Below, one piece after another: positions 1 through 14,184 of a DNA stretch of 64,000 nucleotides. This DNA comes from Octopus bimaculoides. Its lineage: Eukaryota. The first letter of the stretch is position 1; each line of letters opens with the position of its first letter. Under the pieces are notes generated by a model that did not search any database, had not been told where the DNA came from, and was given only the letters and a program-made list of their open reading frames with translations. Both the position numbers and the translations under genes were made by a program. The DNA is taken from assembly GCF_001194135.2 (NCBI RefSeq), contig NC_068992.1, forward strand, positions 12,602,796 through 12,666,795, written 5' to 3'.

Positions 1-205
<205 letters not shown>

Positions 206-329
206 GTGATGCATATATGTATTTAAGTAATCTGAAAGTAAATCTTTGAATGTATGTGTAGAAATTTCATGTATTATGCATGTATGTATATGTTCCTGTT
301 TTAATAGCTAACATTTCTCAACAATAAAA

Positions 330-1112
330 TGCTTGCCTCCAATCCAGAATCAATTCTCTTTAATTGAAAAGATGTGTATTCTGTTCTATTTGTAATTATT
401 GGAAGCTTTCCTATAAGGAAGGAGCTGGTTTCTAAAAGAGATTCAGAGATCCCTCATTAGAATGTAAATAACAAAAACAAATTCACATTTTGAACCAGAG
501 AAAACTCTTGCATAATTCCACTGTTCCCCTTAGACATTGCATTAATAATGTTCATGTTCGCTGGTTGATTTCTTTTTCTGAAAACCCCAGCTATTCCAAA
601 TCGTTATTTAGCCATGTACTCAAGAAATCGAATGCGCCAATTATTATTGATATAAATGAGAATATAAAATCTTGGTACACGACCTCAAGGTTACAATAAA
701 ATAATCGTTGGTTATCCTGTTTCTATTTGATTTTCGATGAGATATTCTCTTTATCAATAAGGCTACAATCTCCAGCTGGGAACCTTGCGAACCACTTCCA
801 TACAGTTCTTTCGGATAAAGAAACAACTCCGTAAACTACGCATATTTCTTTGGTTGGTTGTGAGGCATTTTCCCTTTACAGAAAAAGAAAAGCATCAAGT
901 GACGAAAATGAACTTTCTTATCTTCTATTTTAAAAGGTTACAGACTTAACACAGGTTATAGGAACATAAACGTTCTTCCACGAAAAGATCGCTTAAACTG
1001 TTCTCTAAATGGAGGTATATTCAAATCGTATGTTATAGACTCAACCATGTTCTAAAATAAGTCGAAAGGTAAGCAACTGGAAATCGGCACGAACTTTCCG
1101 GACAACCCAATA
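330..1112 (-). mobile_element. Decayed mariner (Tc1/mariner) transposon, 5' portion with TIR
   Basis: The minus strand reads TA-TTGGGTTGTCCGGAAAGTTCGTGCCGATTT (plus 1081-1112), a mariner-type TIR plus TA. Translation near 770-850 gives YGVVSLSERTVWKWFARFPAGDCSL, matching the mariner transposase N-terminal HTH (VYG...LS.RT...WF.RF..GD.SL). The rest is broken by stops and frameshifts. Confidence 0.85.
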
Positions 1113-1283
1113 CACTAACGTTATGAACTGATACTGAAATGTTATACATATTTGCCAGTGTAAAGTATCCTAAAGCATCAAACTATTAGTAACTCTGTTG
1201 TAATAGTGTTTATTAAATGCAATATACATACATACATACATACATGTATATACATACACACATGTATATACATACACACACAC

Positions 1284-1327
<44 letters not shown>

Positions 1328-2289
1328 GCACACATATATACAGAGAAAGAGAGATTGAGTGAGAGAGAGGGATTGAGAGAGAGATAGAGAGAAAGGGAAA
1401 TCAAGGTACAGATACACCTATGCATCGAATAGGCAAATATATATGTGTATAAAACTTAACTGAATGGGGAAGCTGGAATATGCGTTTCTTTTGTTTCATA
1501 CATTGTATCCTCAATCGGAATTATATTCAAACATTGGTATGTATTCTCTTTTGCAAACTAATTCAGCAATCTGTGTAAACAGCACAGCGTATGGACGTGT
1601 TGATATGATATAATATCTGCTTTAACTCTATTAAGTGAAGCATTGTGCATTTCTGCTGCAAGGGGAATATAAATGTAGGAACTTTTTTTTCAATTTAACT
1701 ATATCAGTTTACACCGAATCGTTCACTAATGCCGCAATAAGTATTTTCTCTTTAAATTAAATAAAATTTGTTCTATGTATCATATACGATATACAATGTT
1801 TGTTTCATTATCAGTCGATTTGCATTTGTGGCACATATTCCGCATCCGATTTAATGAGATTTTTATCAAAAATATAAGATTTCAGATAATCTCTTCAACA
1901 CGTAACTGTTTTTTGTTTATTCTCTCCAAAACTCATGCTATCCAGTAATGGATTCTAATTGCAATTTTGTAATTAGCCAATTTATTTATGATTTTGTGAA
2001 TCAGATCTCCTCAAGATTGACACCAACATTAATTACACGCATAAAGTAATTGTGATAAATAATCGCATGTATAAATATATAATTATTGAACCTCTGAAGC
2101 GTTTGTGTAATTTTCGTATGCTATTATTGTAAACATCATGTTAATGCTATTTCGTAAACTTGTTTTTCCTTAGACATGGCTAGTGGATCCTAACTAACGG
2201 ATGCAACGTAACATCTTGCCCATGACAAAAAAGAAATATCAATTTTTTCTGTTTTTATTCAGTATACTAGATATTGCAACTTGAGTTCA

Positions 2290-4100
2290 TACTATATGTC
2301 TTTTTAGCTTTGTTTATGTTTATAGCACTTTATGTATGTACTATAGTAGTTATTTTAATCTTTAAACAGTCTTTATTTGTTAGCCCTCGTGATATAGTAA
2401 TGTTTTCGAGCATTTTTTTTCCAATCCTTCTCAAGATACCTATTCTCATAAATATTGTATCTAGTCTTACTCCCCTATTTTCCCCAAAATTCCATTCCTT
2501 GATTAATGGGAGCAATATTTTATAGAGAGTACATTTCATATCCCAGTTACCCTTAATATCGATATTAGATCAATTAGTTTGAACCCCTTGAATATGAGGA
2601 GTGACATATCCCGGGACATGTTTATTTTGTCCTTCTCTGAAACGTTTTCGGTTGTGGGGGAATGCCACCAGTAGGTTATGTTAATTTGATAATGTTTGGT
2701 TCATAACCATTCTATATGAGATTTGTATAATTTATAATTTTCTTTTCTCTACGCAAAACGGAGCAACCAGAGGAAATATGGTAAATCCCTTCTTCCAAAC
2801 TTCTACGTATGTTGCAGGTAATATATTCTTCGTAATTAGATTTTGTTCTTGCTTCAGTTGGTAAAGCTTTGTTCAAATGTTCCACTTGAAACTCGTATCT
2901 CATCATGGCATTCTGTGTTTTTTCATCAAAATGTGCGATATACTCTAACTACTTACACGTGTTACAATACTACACCTGATGGATATCCTCTTGCAAACGT
3001 TTTAGTACTATATACTTTAAATCAATCAATTGCTTTGTTTTCTTGTCTTTTTTATTTGTATTTTCTTTTAATTTTACTTATGTTTCTGTTCTCCTCACTA
3101 CTATCCGTTACCTCAGCCGTTTTTATGTCTTTGTTGTCTTCCTTGAAACGGGAAAGAGTTCCTTAATTTTGCGTGTGTTTTATGCTTTTTATATATAACT
3201 TTAATACTATTTTGTTCTTTAGAAGATATATGTATATTCATACTTCTTGTATATTGTAATACAATTTTAGTTGTAGTAGGCTACTATACTAAATTTATGG
3301 TAATTAAAGGCTTTCAATGTCATATTGAGGGCGAGAAATCATCTATATACTATTATAGATTTTCTTGTTGCTGCTAATTCAGTTAGTATCAGTAGAGAAT
3401 ATAACTTCAAATTATTGAGGAGACAGCTAAAGCATCGATGACTTTTACTTTACTTTTCCCAATTTAGGTAGTCTGTTTTACGTATCAATCTAACGCATCT
3501 ATGATCTCCCGTACTGTTTCTTTCATCTTGTGTACAAAGTATTTTGACAAGACATTAATTACTCCTAAGTATTCGTAAGTTTGTGTTGGTCTAATTCTCT
3601 CATCTATTTCTTAATTAATTTTTCTTTCTTCACTATTGCTTTGGCACATTTTCTAACCCTAATCTCACAAGAATTCTAATTGTTAATTCATATGCCACCA
3701 GTAACATTACTTTCTGTCGTTTATGGTCTGTAGTGTTTGACTTAAGAGAGCCCATTTGAAAATAACAGCTTGATTATCCTCGCACAACATTTGTATCGAA
3801 ATCCACATTTACTAAACTTTTTTCGTTATCAAAAGGCAGAAAAATTATAAACAGTGGGAAATGTACCTGGAGTATCCATCGTCTTATAGCGGCTGCAACC
3901 AAGTTGCGTTTCACAATGTTCTGTCTGGGATTTCTGTTCATCATTAATTTAGGGAGAGCTGCAGGTCCATGTTAAGTGTCTCTGCAAATAACTTCAATGA
4001 GGATAAATAATCCTCGCCCGCTTGTAAGATGAGAAAATGTCTAAAATATCATATCTGATACAAGCTGTTGTTCAGCATCTTTGATGAACAGTAATACTAG
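2290..4100 (-). mobile_element. Decayed R4/Dong-clade non-LTR retrotransposon (RT C-terminus, CCHC, REL region)
   Basis: Minus-strand remnants: GLEKCAKAIVKKEKLI (~3630-3680; the FGL.KCA motif after YMDD), KMKETVREI...KVKVIDALAV (~3430-3535), and NYEEYI..CNIRRSLEEGIYHISSGCSVL (ORF 2712-2906), a degenerate CCHC knuckle (ET..HI.SGC). Many stops and frameshifts. Confidence 0.8.
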
Positions 4101-5320
4101 TGGTATGTCAACACATTCAAATCGACTCTTTAGATTTTTGTTCTCGCGATGAAACGTTGGCGCCGTTATAAGCACCCTGGTGTATTTACTATAAATGCAA
4201 CCATGGCGAATATTCCTCTTGCTGTAGATTTAAGTAAAATTTCTAAATTTCCAGCGTTTATCTACAACAGAACTACAGAATTTTGTGCCATTTACGCATG
4301 TGTTTAAACTATCTTCGCCATTGATTCCTAGTTTAATTTTAACTATTTCTTAATAAAATCTTCGATGCTTTTTTCTTTTTTCAAATATTCGTTGTCATAC
4401 CTCAGTATGATTGTGGCTTTCTCCACGAAGGTAAATCTTTTGTTTGAATTTTGGGTATTTCTGTATGTCTTATGTTACAATATCATGTTTTACTCTCACT
4501 CTCCTTTTCCGTTTTTCTCTTTCTCACTCTAATGTTCAGCTACGTGATACCATTATAGATTTCACTAAAATTAGCACACATTTTGTTTTCTACGGTATTT
4601 GCCGTCCTATATGAATAAAGCAGAGGGTGTGTTAATTCTTTTTTTAGCTCCTGTAACTACTACCTACAGTGTTTAGCTAACCCCTATCATATTGATGCTA
4701 ATGCTCATTATATTACAGTAGGTCAAGATTGCTTTTGTAACTGTAGTTGCAACATAATTATTAATTTAAATTGCCACAGATTACTTTAATCTGCCAAAGG
4801 AATGTTTTACATCACTTTTAATTTCTTCACCACTTCCGTTTTGCATCGTATCAATGGCTTCCATCTTCAGAATTTCATATTTTTAGATTTGTGTCTTCCT
4901 TTTGATTCATATATATTTTTTTTATTTGAATTGTTACTCTACTACACTTTCTGCGGGGAATAACTGCGAAGATATTCTGAGGTTCACATTTCTTTCCCTT
5001 TATTTATTTATTTATTTTGTAATTATATTTATTGTACCCCAGTCTATAATTTACATTTTTCCATGTTTTCATTTCCTAAATTAATTGCTTTTTGTATTCT
5101 CGTTATGTATTCTTCCTTTTAAACAACCTATTTGCATAGCCGATTAATTTTTGGCTTCGTTAATGTACACCTTACACTAACTTATTTCTTAGCATCCGAA
5201 GTTATTTTGAAATCAAGGTTATTCTTAATACAAATTGCAAAATAATACATTTTTACAGTTCTATATTTAAGAGATGAGGGATTATGGACATTATTTACAT
5301 TATTTACATTTGACAGATAT

Positions 5321-5420
5321 ATGGCTTAGTGGTTAAGAGCGTGGGCTACTAACCCCAAGATTCCGAGTTCAATCGTAAGCAGTTACCTGAATAATGATAA
5401 TAATAATGATAATAATAACA
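5321..5420 (+). mobile_element. tRNA-like SINE head followed by (AAT)n tail
   Basis: TGGCTTAGTGGTTAAGAGC (A box) and GAGTTCAATC (B box), then an ATAATGATAATAATAATG tail. The cloverleaf stems are broken. Confidence 0.6.
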
Positions 5421-6046
5421 TCGTAGTTGCAAAATGCTTAGCCACATTTCGCCTATCATTACTTTCTGAATTCAAATTCCTCCGAGTTTTGACTTTTCTT
5501 TTCATCCTTCCAACTTTCGTATTCGAACAGACTGATATAATTTTGGGCTTTTATGGATATGTTGAATTAAATAGTGAGTGATGCTTGTGCTGGAATTAAT
5601 CGACTACAACCTTTACCAATAATATTTCACCGTCATACACGAATGGCGTTTCTTCTTATTTTTTTGTACTATTTTATAACAATATTTATTTCTTTTTCGG
5701 TACTAGTCTTACACCACACGAAACTGATTACCAATACCGTTAAGCATAATCTTGCTACCTATAGTCTATATTCATTCAATTCATAATATTAGTCAAACTA
5801 ATAAAAAGAAGCCAAACAACAGTCACAGAATTACGTTTCGGTGGCAATTGAAATACATATGCATTCAATAATCGAAGCAGGAATACATCTTCCAAGTTTG
5901 ATCTTGTCTTTATAGGAAGACAGGGGACTCGAGAACAGAAGACAAGGTAGTCTTAATGGACGAATTTATGTCCAGATTTTGCAATAATCTGAAAAATATA
6001 TGTATAAATATCTATACCTGTGTAGGAGTAAACCTGAATTCATACA

Positions 6047-6090
<44 letters not shown>

Positions 6091-6115
6091 NNNNNNNNNN
6101 NNNNNNNNNNNNNNN

Positions 6116-6194
<79 letters not shown>

Positions 6195-6263
6195 AGATAG
6201 ATATGTTTCTATCTATGCATCTATCTACCTATACATACACTAATACATACATACATACATACA

Positions 6264-6295
<32 letters not shown>

Positions 6296-6309
6296 CATGT
6301 TATTCGTAA

Positions 6310-6420
6310 TCTTTTATCTTTTACTTGTTTCTCTCACTAGCCTGTTGACATGTGGGGTACTGCCTTGAAGAATTATTTAGTCGAAGGACACAATCCAAGT
6401 ACTTTTATTATGCTTCGTAA
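6310..6420 (-). mobile_element. SINE family D tail fragment
   Basis: TCTTTTATCTTTTACTTGTTTC...TTTAGTCGAA matches the reverse complement of the tail seen at 50145-50290. Confidence 0.6.
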
Positions 6421-6543
6421 TTATCCAGTCGACTTCTTTTGCAGAATTGGTATGTTACGGAGTGGCAGACACACACAACCGATTGTCGTATAATGGTGGG
6501 GCACAAACAAAGCACAAAGATATACACGCACAGGTATACACGC

Positions 6544-6594
<51 letters not shown>

Positions 6595-8077
6595 AACATA
6601 CAACGTATGTATGATGTATGTATGTGTATATGTGTGTGTGCGTGTTGGGATAACATTGAGATATTCCGACTGTAGTTTAGGTACATAATGTAGCTTCAAC
6701 AAACACAATTTCCCTAGTTCAGGGACTTAGTAATGCAGTGTAGTAGAATGTATCTCAATTTTGTGCTCTCCAATCTTGTACAATGTATTATAGCGTTCTA
6801 TTGGTGAGTATCCAATCGATGAGCGTGGTTTAAATATACATTTTGCTTTGTGTGGTCACTAATTCGTGCTTTAAAGCGATAAATATTCCAATATTTGCAT
6901 TGAATTGTCCTTTTCATAACTGTTTAGCACTATATTTGGCACCGTTTAAAAGTAAGGAGTTTAGCAAATTATTTTATTGGCGTTCTTCCAATTTTCTTTG
7001 TGATTTTTTTTTGTTTTTTTTGTCAAAGCGTCATTGTTTTCTTTCTTCTCTAAATGTCGATGCCATTTCTAAAACAATTGCCCAATTAAAGCTGTCTCTT
7101 TTTTCCATTTTAGTTTTCTTTGTAATTACAAACATTTACACAGCTAATGTCTCCGAAGCACATAATAACAACAAAACAGAAAATAAAAATATTCACACGA
7201 AACGAAAATTAACCGGAAGAGCCACAAGTGTTGATGCTAACATATAATAAGAAAAATACTAAAATAAATCGAGAAGAAATCAGTAGCAAGGATGAGCATA
7301 AATAATAATAATAATAATGTTTTCTACCATAAGCGCAATACTACAAACATTACGGGACAGTTATTTGTATTGACTTCAGTACTAGACTGATATTTATTTT
7401 ATTGACGTCTATATAATATAAGGCAAATGAAAGCAAGATGGTTAGAAAGAAATGCGAACTAAATAATTAGAATTGTGGTATTTGGTCCCTCGGTTCGATG
7501 ACTGAAATAACACAACGCCTCCTTATCGGTGAATCATGATATTCTAATAAGCTTATAGTGATACATGAGTTTATATAGACGTATATAGAATGCGATGAAT
7601 TGCAGGGGCTTTCGAGTGCGGGAATAAAACACCTGCCTTTATTTGTCTTACTGAGGAAAAGATTTCGTTGTTTCGGAATCGATAAATAAAGTATTAGACT
7701 AGCTTGTGTGTAGCTCTCTCACCCCCCCTCTCTCTCTCTCTCTTTTTTTTTCTTTCTTTCACTCTGTCTCTCACTCTCTCCGGTTTCCTTTCACTGTTTC
7801 ACTCTAATTGATGTTTAGGTTGAAAGATGGGCGATGCGTATCTTGTAATTGTATAGGCAACTAATACTATTAAAGAAAGTGTGGCACAGCTTATACCAAA
7901 TAATTGTCGAACTGAGATTATCAAATTTTTGGCAGGTAACAAACCATAGTTTTAGTAATCGTCTTATCATTAGCCAGTTTTACATGTTTATGAATAATTA
8001 TGACTCTGCGATTTATGGCGTTTAAATTCACGATTTCCTAACAACATATTATCATCAATTTTCTTTCCTAGGTCGAA

Positions 8078-8280
8078 GGGAATGAATTGACAGAATCGTT
8101 AGCATTCCGAACAAAATGCCTAGTGGTATTTATTTCAGTTTTATGTTCTAAGCTGAAATTCCGTCGAGGTCGACTTTGCCTTTCATTCTATCGGGATTGA
8201 TCAGTAGGTACCAGTTCATTACTGGGGTTTATGTATTCGCGTATCCCCCTACTGTCTTTGTTCCTATAACAGAAGGAATT
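8078..8280 (+). mobile_element. tRNA-derived SINE family A copy (diverged)
   Basis: GACAGAATCGTTAGCA...AAATTCCGTCGAGGTCGACTTTGCCTTTCAT; the body is shared with 23811 and 43536. Confidence 0.85.
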
Positions 8281-8986
8281 ATTTTGTAATAGACGTTTAC
8301 ATCAATATGGGTAGCATAGTAAGACCCTTAATATTCTTTAACTGATTGTATTAATAAATTCGAAATTTAAAATACTGAAATTAAATATGAATATTTAAGC
8401 GGTGCCGACATATTTTTTGAATGAATGCTAAATTCGATTCGGAATTATGTAACAAAGAGTTCGTTTGGGTGAGAATTGAACTTACATCGTTATGACCATT
8501 AACTAAATACGGCAGGGCATTAAGTATGATGGGCTAAATATTCTAGCTCCTCGTCAAACATATTAAAGATGAGTTAAAATCATTTACTTTTTCTGTCTTT
8601 GAATTCTTACTTTCAGATAAAATCTGCTACTTTCTGTTAATTAACTAAACATCTCTTGTTCTGAAAAGAAAAACAAAGCTAACGAAAAGCAAACACAGCA
8701 GAGTAACACAGTTTCGTGTAAAGAAAAAAATATTAAAAGCTGACGTTTGATGTGCTTCAGAACTTGGCAAGTGAAGTCACTTCCTCTTCTGTGAGAATTC
8801 AAATTATATACGAACTTTTATATGTACATCTATATTCAAACAAAAACACATACATACACACACAAGTACATATATTCCTATATGCAAATATGTTTGCGTG
8901 CGTGTGTGTGTATGTGTGCATGTGTATGTGTGTGTGTGACAGCACGCGTAAATATGTATTTATAAATACATACTAATAGAGTGATA

Positions 8987-9031
<45 letters not shown>

Positions 9032-9137
9032 NNNNNNNNNNATATATATATATATATATATATGCGTGTGTGTATCTGTGTGTGTGTAAGTATATGTATA
9101 TATATATATGTATATATATATACATATACATATATAC

Positions 9138-9173
<36 letters not shown>

Positions 9174-9356
9174 ACTTATACACACAGATATATGTATATT
9201 TATATATATATATATATATATGTATGTATACATATATGTATGTATACATATGTATGTATAAGGTAATGTTATTTAGAAGACCCAAAGAGTGGCAGGAAAT
9301 GCTAAGTATGTGCTAAGGACAGACCATAGTGAAACTATTGGTTCGATCGTGATATG

Positions 9357-9552
9357 AGGCCGATTCGTTAGAACGGTGGACGAAATGTTTAGCGATATTT
9401 CGCCCGTCTTTACGTTCTGAGTTCAAATTCCGCCGAGGTCGACTTTGCCTTTCATCCTATCGGGGTCGATAAATTAAGCATCAGTGAAACATTGCATTCC
9501 ATGTAACCAACTAGTGCCCACGCCCCCACAAAAAAAAAAACAGGCATTGTCC
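9357..9552 (+). mobile_element. SINE family A copy
   Basis: TTCTGAGTTCAAATTCCGCCGAGGTCGACTTTGCCTTTCATCCTATCGGGGTCGATAAATTAAG core. Confidence 0.9.
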
Positions 9553-9692
9553 GAAGCTGACAGAATTGTTAGTACGCTGGCTTTCATCTTTTGGGGACGC
9601 TAAAATATGTACTATTTGAACACTGGGATCGATGTAATCGACTCATCCCCTCCCCCAAAATTGCTAAATTGTGGCAAAATATGAAACCATTA
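9553..9692 (+). mobile_element. SINE family A copy with internal deletion
   Basis: The head GCTGACAGAATTGTTAGTACGC is joined directly to GCTTTCATC...CACTGGGATCGATGTAATCGAC...GAAACCATT. Confidence 0.75.
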
Positions 9693-9707
9693 TTATTTTA
9701 ATTATTA

Positions 9708-10074
9708 TTGAGAGAGTGGTGCATGCCACCAAAGTGACACTGGAGTACAAATATACAAAGCCCAAGCCCATCCTGCTCAAAAGGTCCCTGAAACCCATGT
9801 TTCCGGAGGTGAAAATTCTTCAAAACGCGAAGAATTACTCTAAACATATGACTATGATACTCGCCCCACTTCTTTTTCCGTGAGCAGAGATGCACACATC
9901 ATCTGCCACCAAGGGACATGCTCAACTGGTTAAGGTCAAACAACTGACAGACAAATCAGTGGTATTCAGCAGAACATTTGCTGTAGCACAACTTTTATAC
10001 AAAGACAAAGCAATGTACATGATAACACTTCCAATCAGTTAAGATCAAGAGACACGAGAGCCACTGCCTGGTAC

Positions 10075-10076
<2 letters not shown>
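9708..10076 (-). mobile_element. Probable interspersed repeat inserted in an (ATT)n/(TAA)n array
   Basis: A complex-sequence block of about 370 bp with ATTATTATT on the left and about 20 ATT units on the right. Only one copy in the window; the orientation is a guess. Confidence 0.4.

Positions 10077-10137
<61 letters not shown>
10077..10137. repeat. (ATT)n microsatellite, about 20 units
   Basis: Directly visible. Confidence 0.95.
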
Positions 10138-10138
<1 letters not shown>

Positions 10139-10139
<1 letters not shown>

Positions 10140-10350
10140 AGTGGCTAGCAGGCAGAATCGTTAGCACGCCGGGCGAAATGCTTAGCGGTATTTCGTTTGC
10201 TGTTACGTTCTGAGTCCAAATTCCGCCGAAGTTGTCTTTACCTTTTTATCCTTTCGGGGTCGATAAAATGAGTACCAGTTGAATACTGAGGTGGATGTAA
10301 TCAACTTATCCCCTTCCCCCAAATTCCTGCCCTTGAGGCCAAATTTTATT
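10139..10350 (+). mobile_element. SINE family A copy
   Basis: GGCAGAATCGTTAGCACGCCGGGCGAAATGCTTAGCGGTATTTCG...CCTTTCGGGGTCGATAAAATGAGTACCAGTTG. It begins right after the (ATT)n array. Confidence 0.9.
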
Positions 10351-12131
10351 GTTATTATTATTGAAGTGAATGTTTCAGAATTGTGTAATGAACATTCATA
10401 CTTTTCTATTATGGAATTGTGTCTGTCAGTGACAGGTACTAAGAATATTCTAAAACCTCAAGAAATAAATCACCATTAATTTTAAAGGATTTCGATTTTA
10501 AAAAAGAATTATACATGCCAGTGTGCATTTTGACTTTTCTTTTAGTATACGGAGAAACAAGGGAATGTTGGAAAACTTTCATGTACGATGTATTACGTGT
10601 CTTGGACATGGCAACTGTTTTTTTTCTAAAAGAGCCTGGATAATGAAGTCAAAATTGTGCCAGTGATATATCACAATGCGTTAAGGAAAATGCACTTCAT
10701 CGATCTTGTACGGCAATACTCGTAATTTTCATCGCTTCAGTTAACTTCATATTAACTTGGCTCTGAAGATGCTTTACACATCACGGTTAGTTGCGAGCAC
10801 TTAGTAGAATTAACTAGTTTAATTTCGTGCAGTAGTTTTAGTTTCGAGTTTTTCAACAGAAATAAAACGAATTCTTTTGTAAAAAAAATTAACTGCAATA
10901 ATTCAAACTCTCCAGTTCTAAAACAGAAATTTATTTTTCACCTCTATAGACTAAAAATAAAGGAGAATGAGCACCAGGAGGTAGCACACTTCAATGGTAA
11001 TCAGTTTTAAAAGAAATAATAATTTCGATTTTCTTGAAGATACCATGAGGAAAGATTTCTAATAAATTTGGGCTGTGCCAATTTTTTTTTTTCCCTTTGC
11101 CAATTGCAAAGACATGTAATATCCTTTGAGTTTAGGCATGAGAATATGCATAACGAAAATCTGCGTATATCAGAGCTTGTATAAAAATTAAAATAATAAA
11201 AAAAATTAACGCTTCACAGGATACGGAAGATGTGAACCGAAGGCAGTGTTTCATCCAGGAAGAATCACGTAAATGTCAATCAAATGTAGCCTCAATTCCA
11301 GTAAAGTTTGGGTTATTATTTAAAAAAAAAAAAAACACAATTTATTGTAGAATACTAGAGTGAAATCAATTTTGGTGAAAATGTTAATTCGCTCTCACAT
11401 GACTCTTAATTACGTACTAGCACAAAACACACCACTATAATGAATGATGAATGTGTTCGTGCATAATAATTTATATTGCATGCGCCAGGTGCATAGTAAA
11501 GTGCATAATTTGCTGAGCAGAGTGTGTATTGCTTTCCTTAATCTCTACTTCGGTGTTAACTTTTCATGCTTCAAGCCTGAGGCATTAAATATATACACTA
11601 CACATACACACATACGCATAAACATACACACACTGGTATATATATANNNNNNNNNNNNNNNNNNNNNNNNNNNNNNNNNNNNNNNNNNNNNNNNNNNNNN
11701 NNNNNNNNNNNNNNNNNNNNNNNNNNNNNNNNNNNNNNNNNNNNNNNNNNNNNNNNNNNNNNNNNNNNNNNNNNNNNNNNNNNNNNNNNNNNNNNNNNNN
11801 NNNNNNNNNNNNNNNNNNNNNNNNNNNNNNNNNNNNNNNNNNNNNNNNNNNNNNNNNNNNNNNNNNNNNNNNNNNNNNNNNNNNNNNNNNNNNNNNNNNN
11901 NNNNNNNNNNNNNNNNNNNNNNNNNNNNNNNNNNNNNNNNNNNNNNNNNNNNNNNNNNNNNNNNNNNNNNNNNNNNNNNNNNNNNNNNNNNNNNNNNNNN
12001 NNNNNNNNNNNNNNNNNNNNNNNNNATATATATATATATGTATATAGTATATATATATATATGTGTGTATATATATATATACGTGTGTGTGTGTGTGTAT
12101 GTGCCTATGTATATGTATATATATACAGAGA

Positions 12132-12167
<36 letters not shown>

Positions 12168-12884
12168 TACATGTGCACAACATATACGTATATGTTTGTC
12201 TGTGTGATTGTATTGCACGTTCCGTGTGTTAATGTTTTTGCATGTTTCCTTTATGTTATCCTTATTGCTGTTACCTCAAACACTCAGCATTATTTAGTTT
12301 TAGAGCAAGGAATTACTTGCTTTCTTTTGCTTGCCTTGGTTACATTTTATTGGCAAGTGTAAAAAAAAAAGAATAATAAATCAAAGAAAGGAAAAAGAAA
12401 AGAAAATTAAGTATCTCAAAACTAAAACAAAACTGAAGTTACCAAAATGAAGCATTGATTAGAAATCGTGTTTACTTCATCTGCTGAAATAATCTCCTGG
12501 GAATTTGTTGTAATTCCACTACTTAGGCTAAAACACGCATTATTACAGCCAGTTCCAGTGAACAATTCCTTTCGATAAGCTAACTCTTTTCTATGGCGGA
12601 GAACTTCTGGACGTGCACGTTTTCGCTCCTTATTCAATTCCATCCAATGTAACATTGCACAAACACCTTTGTAGGTTGACTTTTTAATGAATAGTTAATA
12701 CTCTTATTGCCTTGTAAGAGGAGCATTACATATTAAGAAGCCGGAACTAACTGGTTAGCCGCATCAGTAACACTTCAACTAAACATTGAAAGTAAATGCA
12801 CGAAGATTCGGGACACCATTGAACTGAAAGTAATCAAAGATCATCGACTTTATTAAGATTACTCTTAATGTCAGTAGATTGAGA

Positions 12885-13090
12885 GCATCGTTAGAATCTC
12901 AAAGAGAATTCCATGTAGCATTCCTTTCGACTTTATATGATCTGGGTTCAAAACCGACTAATGTCAACTTGGCTTTTCATACTTCCGTTGTCGATAAAAT
13001 TACGTACTCGTCGAGCGATGAGACTGATGTCCAATGACTCAACCGTGCCTCTAGTGTTCACGTTGGGTGCGGCGTTAGAGACACTTAGTA
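12885..13090 (+). mobile_element. SINE family A copy, highly diverged
   Basis: ATCGTTAG...GGGTTCAAAACCGACTAATGTCAACTTGGCTTTTCAT...GTCGATAAAATT. Confidence 0.55.
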
Positions 13091-14184
13091 TTGTTTTCTT
13101 AACTACTAACAGAGGCTCAGGAAAGCTACAGTAAAAGAAATTAATGTCTGTCGAACAGGAGACCTACAAATAAGTTTGGCGCTGTGTACAGATGTTATAT
13201 AAAAATGAAGGAAGGTGACAAAATCTTTATCAATTAAAATGGAGAATAATTCAAACCTCTTCTTTTGTTTCTTTTACTTGTTTCATTAGACTGTAACCCT
13301 GCTGGGACACAGCTTTGAAAATTTAGTTGATCAACTTGATCACAGGACTTATTTTTTCAAATCGACATCTTTTACCAAACTTTAATATAAACAGCAACAC
13401 CTGTCATTTAACAGTGGGGATCGCACTCACACATGTATATGCAACGGGACTTCACACACCTTCTGTCTATCAAATTCACAAGACATTAGTTTGCTCCGAT
13501 CTATAGGAGAAGAGACTTCTCCCACGTGCCACACAGACTGACTGAATCCCTGGGTGTTAAGAATCTCCCAAATCGATTCAACCATATATGTGTATGCGTA
13601 TGCGTATGTGTGTGTTTACGTGTGTGTGTCTTTGAGTTTACGTGTGCGTGTGTGTGGTTGTGCCTAACACTATCACAGACGTTTATGTCTTGCTGTTGAT
13701 TTACGTTAAAAAGAATCTCACACTAATGGAAACTTAATTCGAAAGACCTCAATATATTATAATATATTTCACATTAGTATATTATAAATCTATATAATTT
13801 TTACAGCTTTCAATTCTTTTCGCGAAAGAAATCAAGACGTTTTCGACATATTAACGGAACAGTTGTGTTCCTCGCAATACTCTTTTCTCAATATACATGG
13901 GATCAGCAAGTACAGACTGAGAGTTTAGAAATAAAACACAGTAATTGACTCAAACATTCTTACTTTGTTTTTATTGACATATTATTACACATGGCACCCA
14001 GTCCTCTAATTTTTTTTCTTTCTCTCTAAATTCCCAATCTCTCCCCCTTACGCTCCCTCTCCCTGTATGTATATATATNNNNNNNNNNNNNNNNNNNNNN
14101 NNNNNNNNNNNNNNNNNNNNNNNNNNNNNNNNNNNNNNNNNNNNNNNNNNNNNNNNNNNNNTATATATATATATATATATATAT

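Noticed and set aside
5321-5395. Possible tRNA-Ser(ACT) gene
   Set aside because: The anticodon and acceptor stems do not pair, and it runs into an (AAT)n tail, so it is a SINE head or pseudogene.
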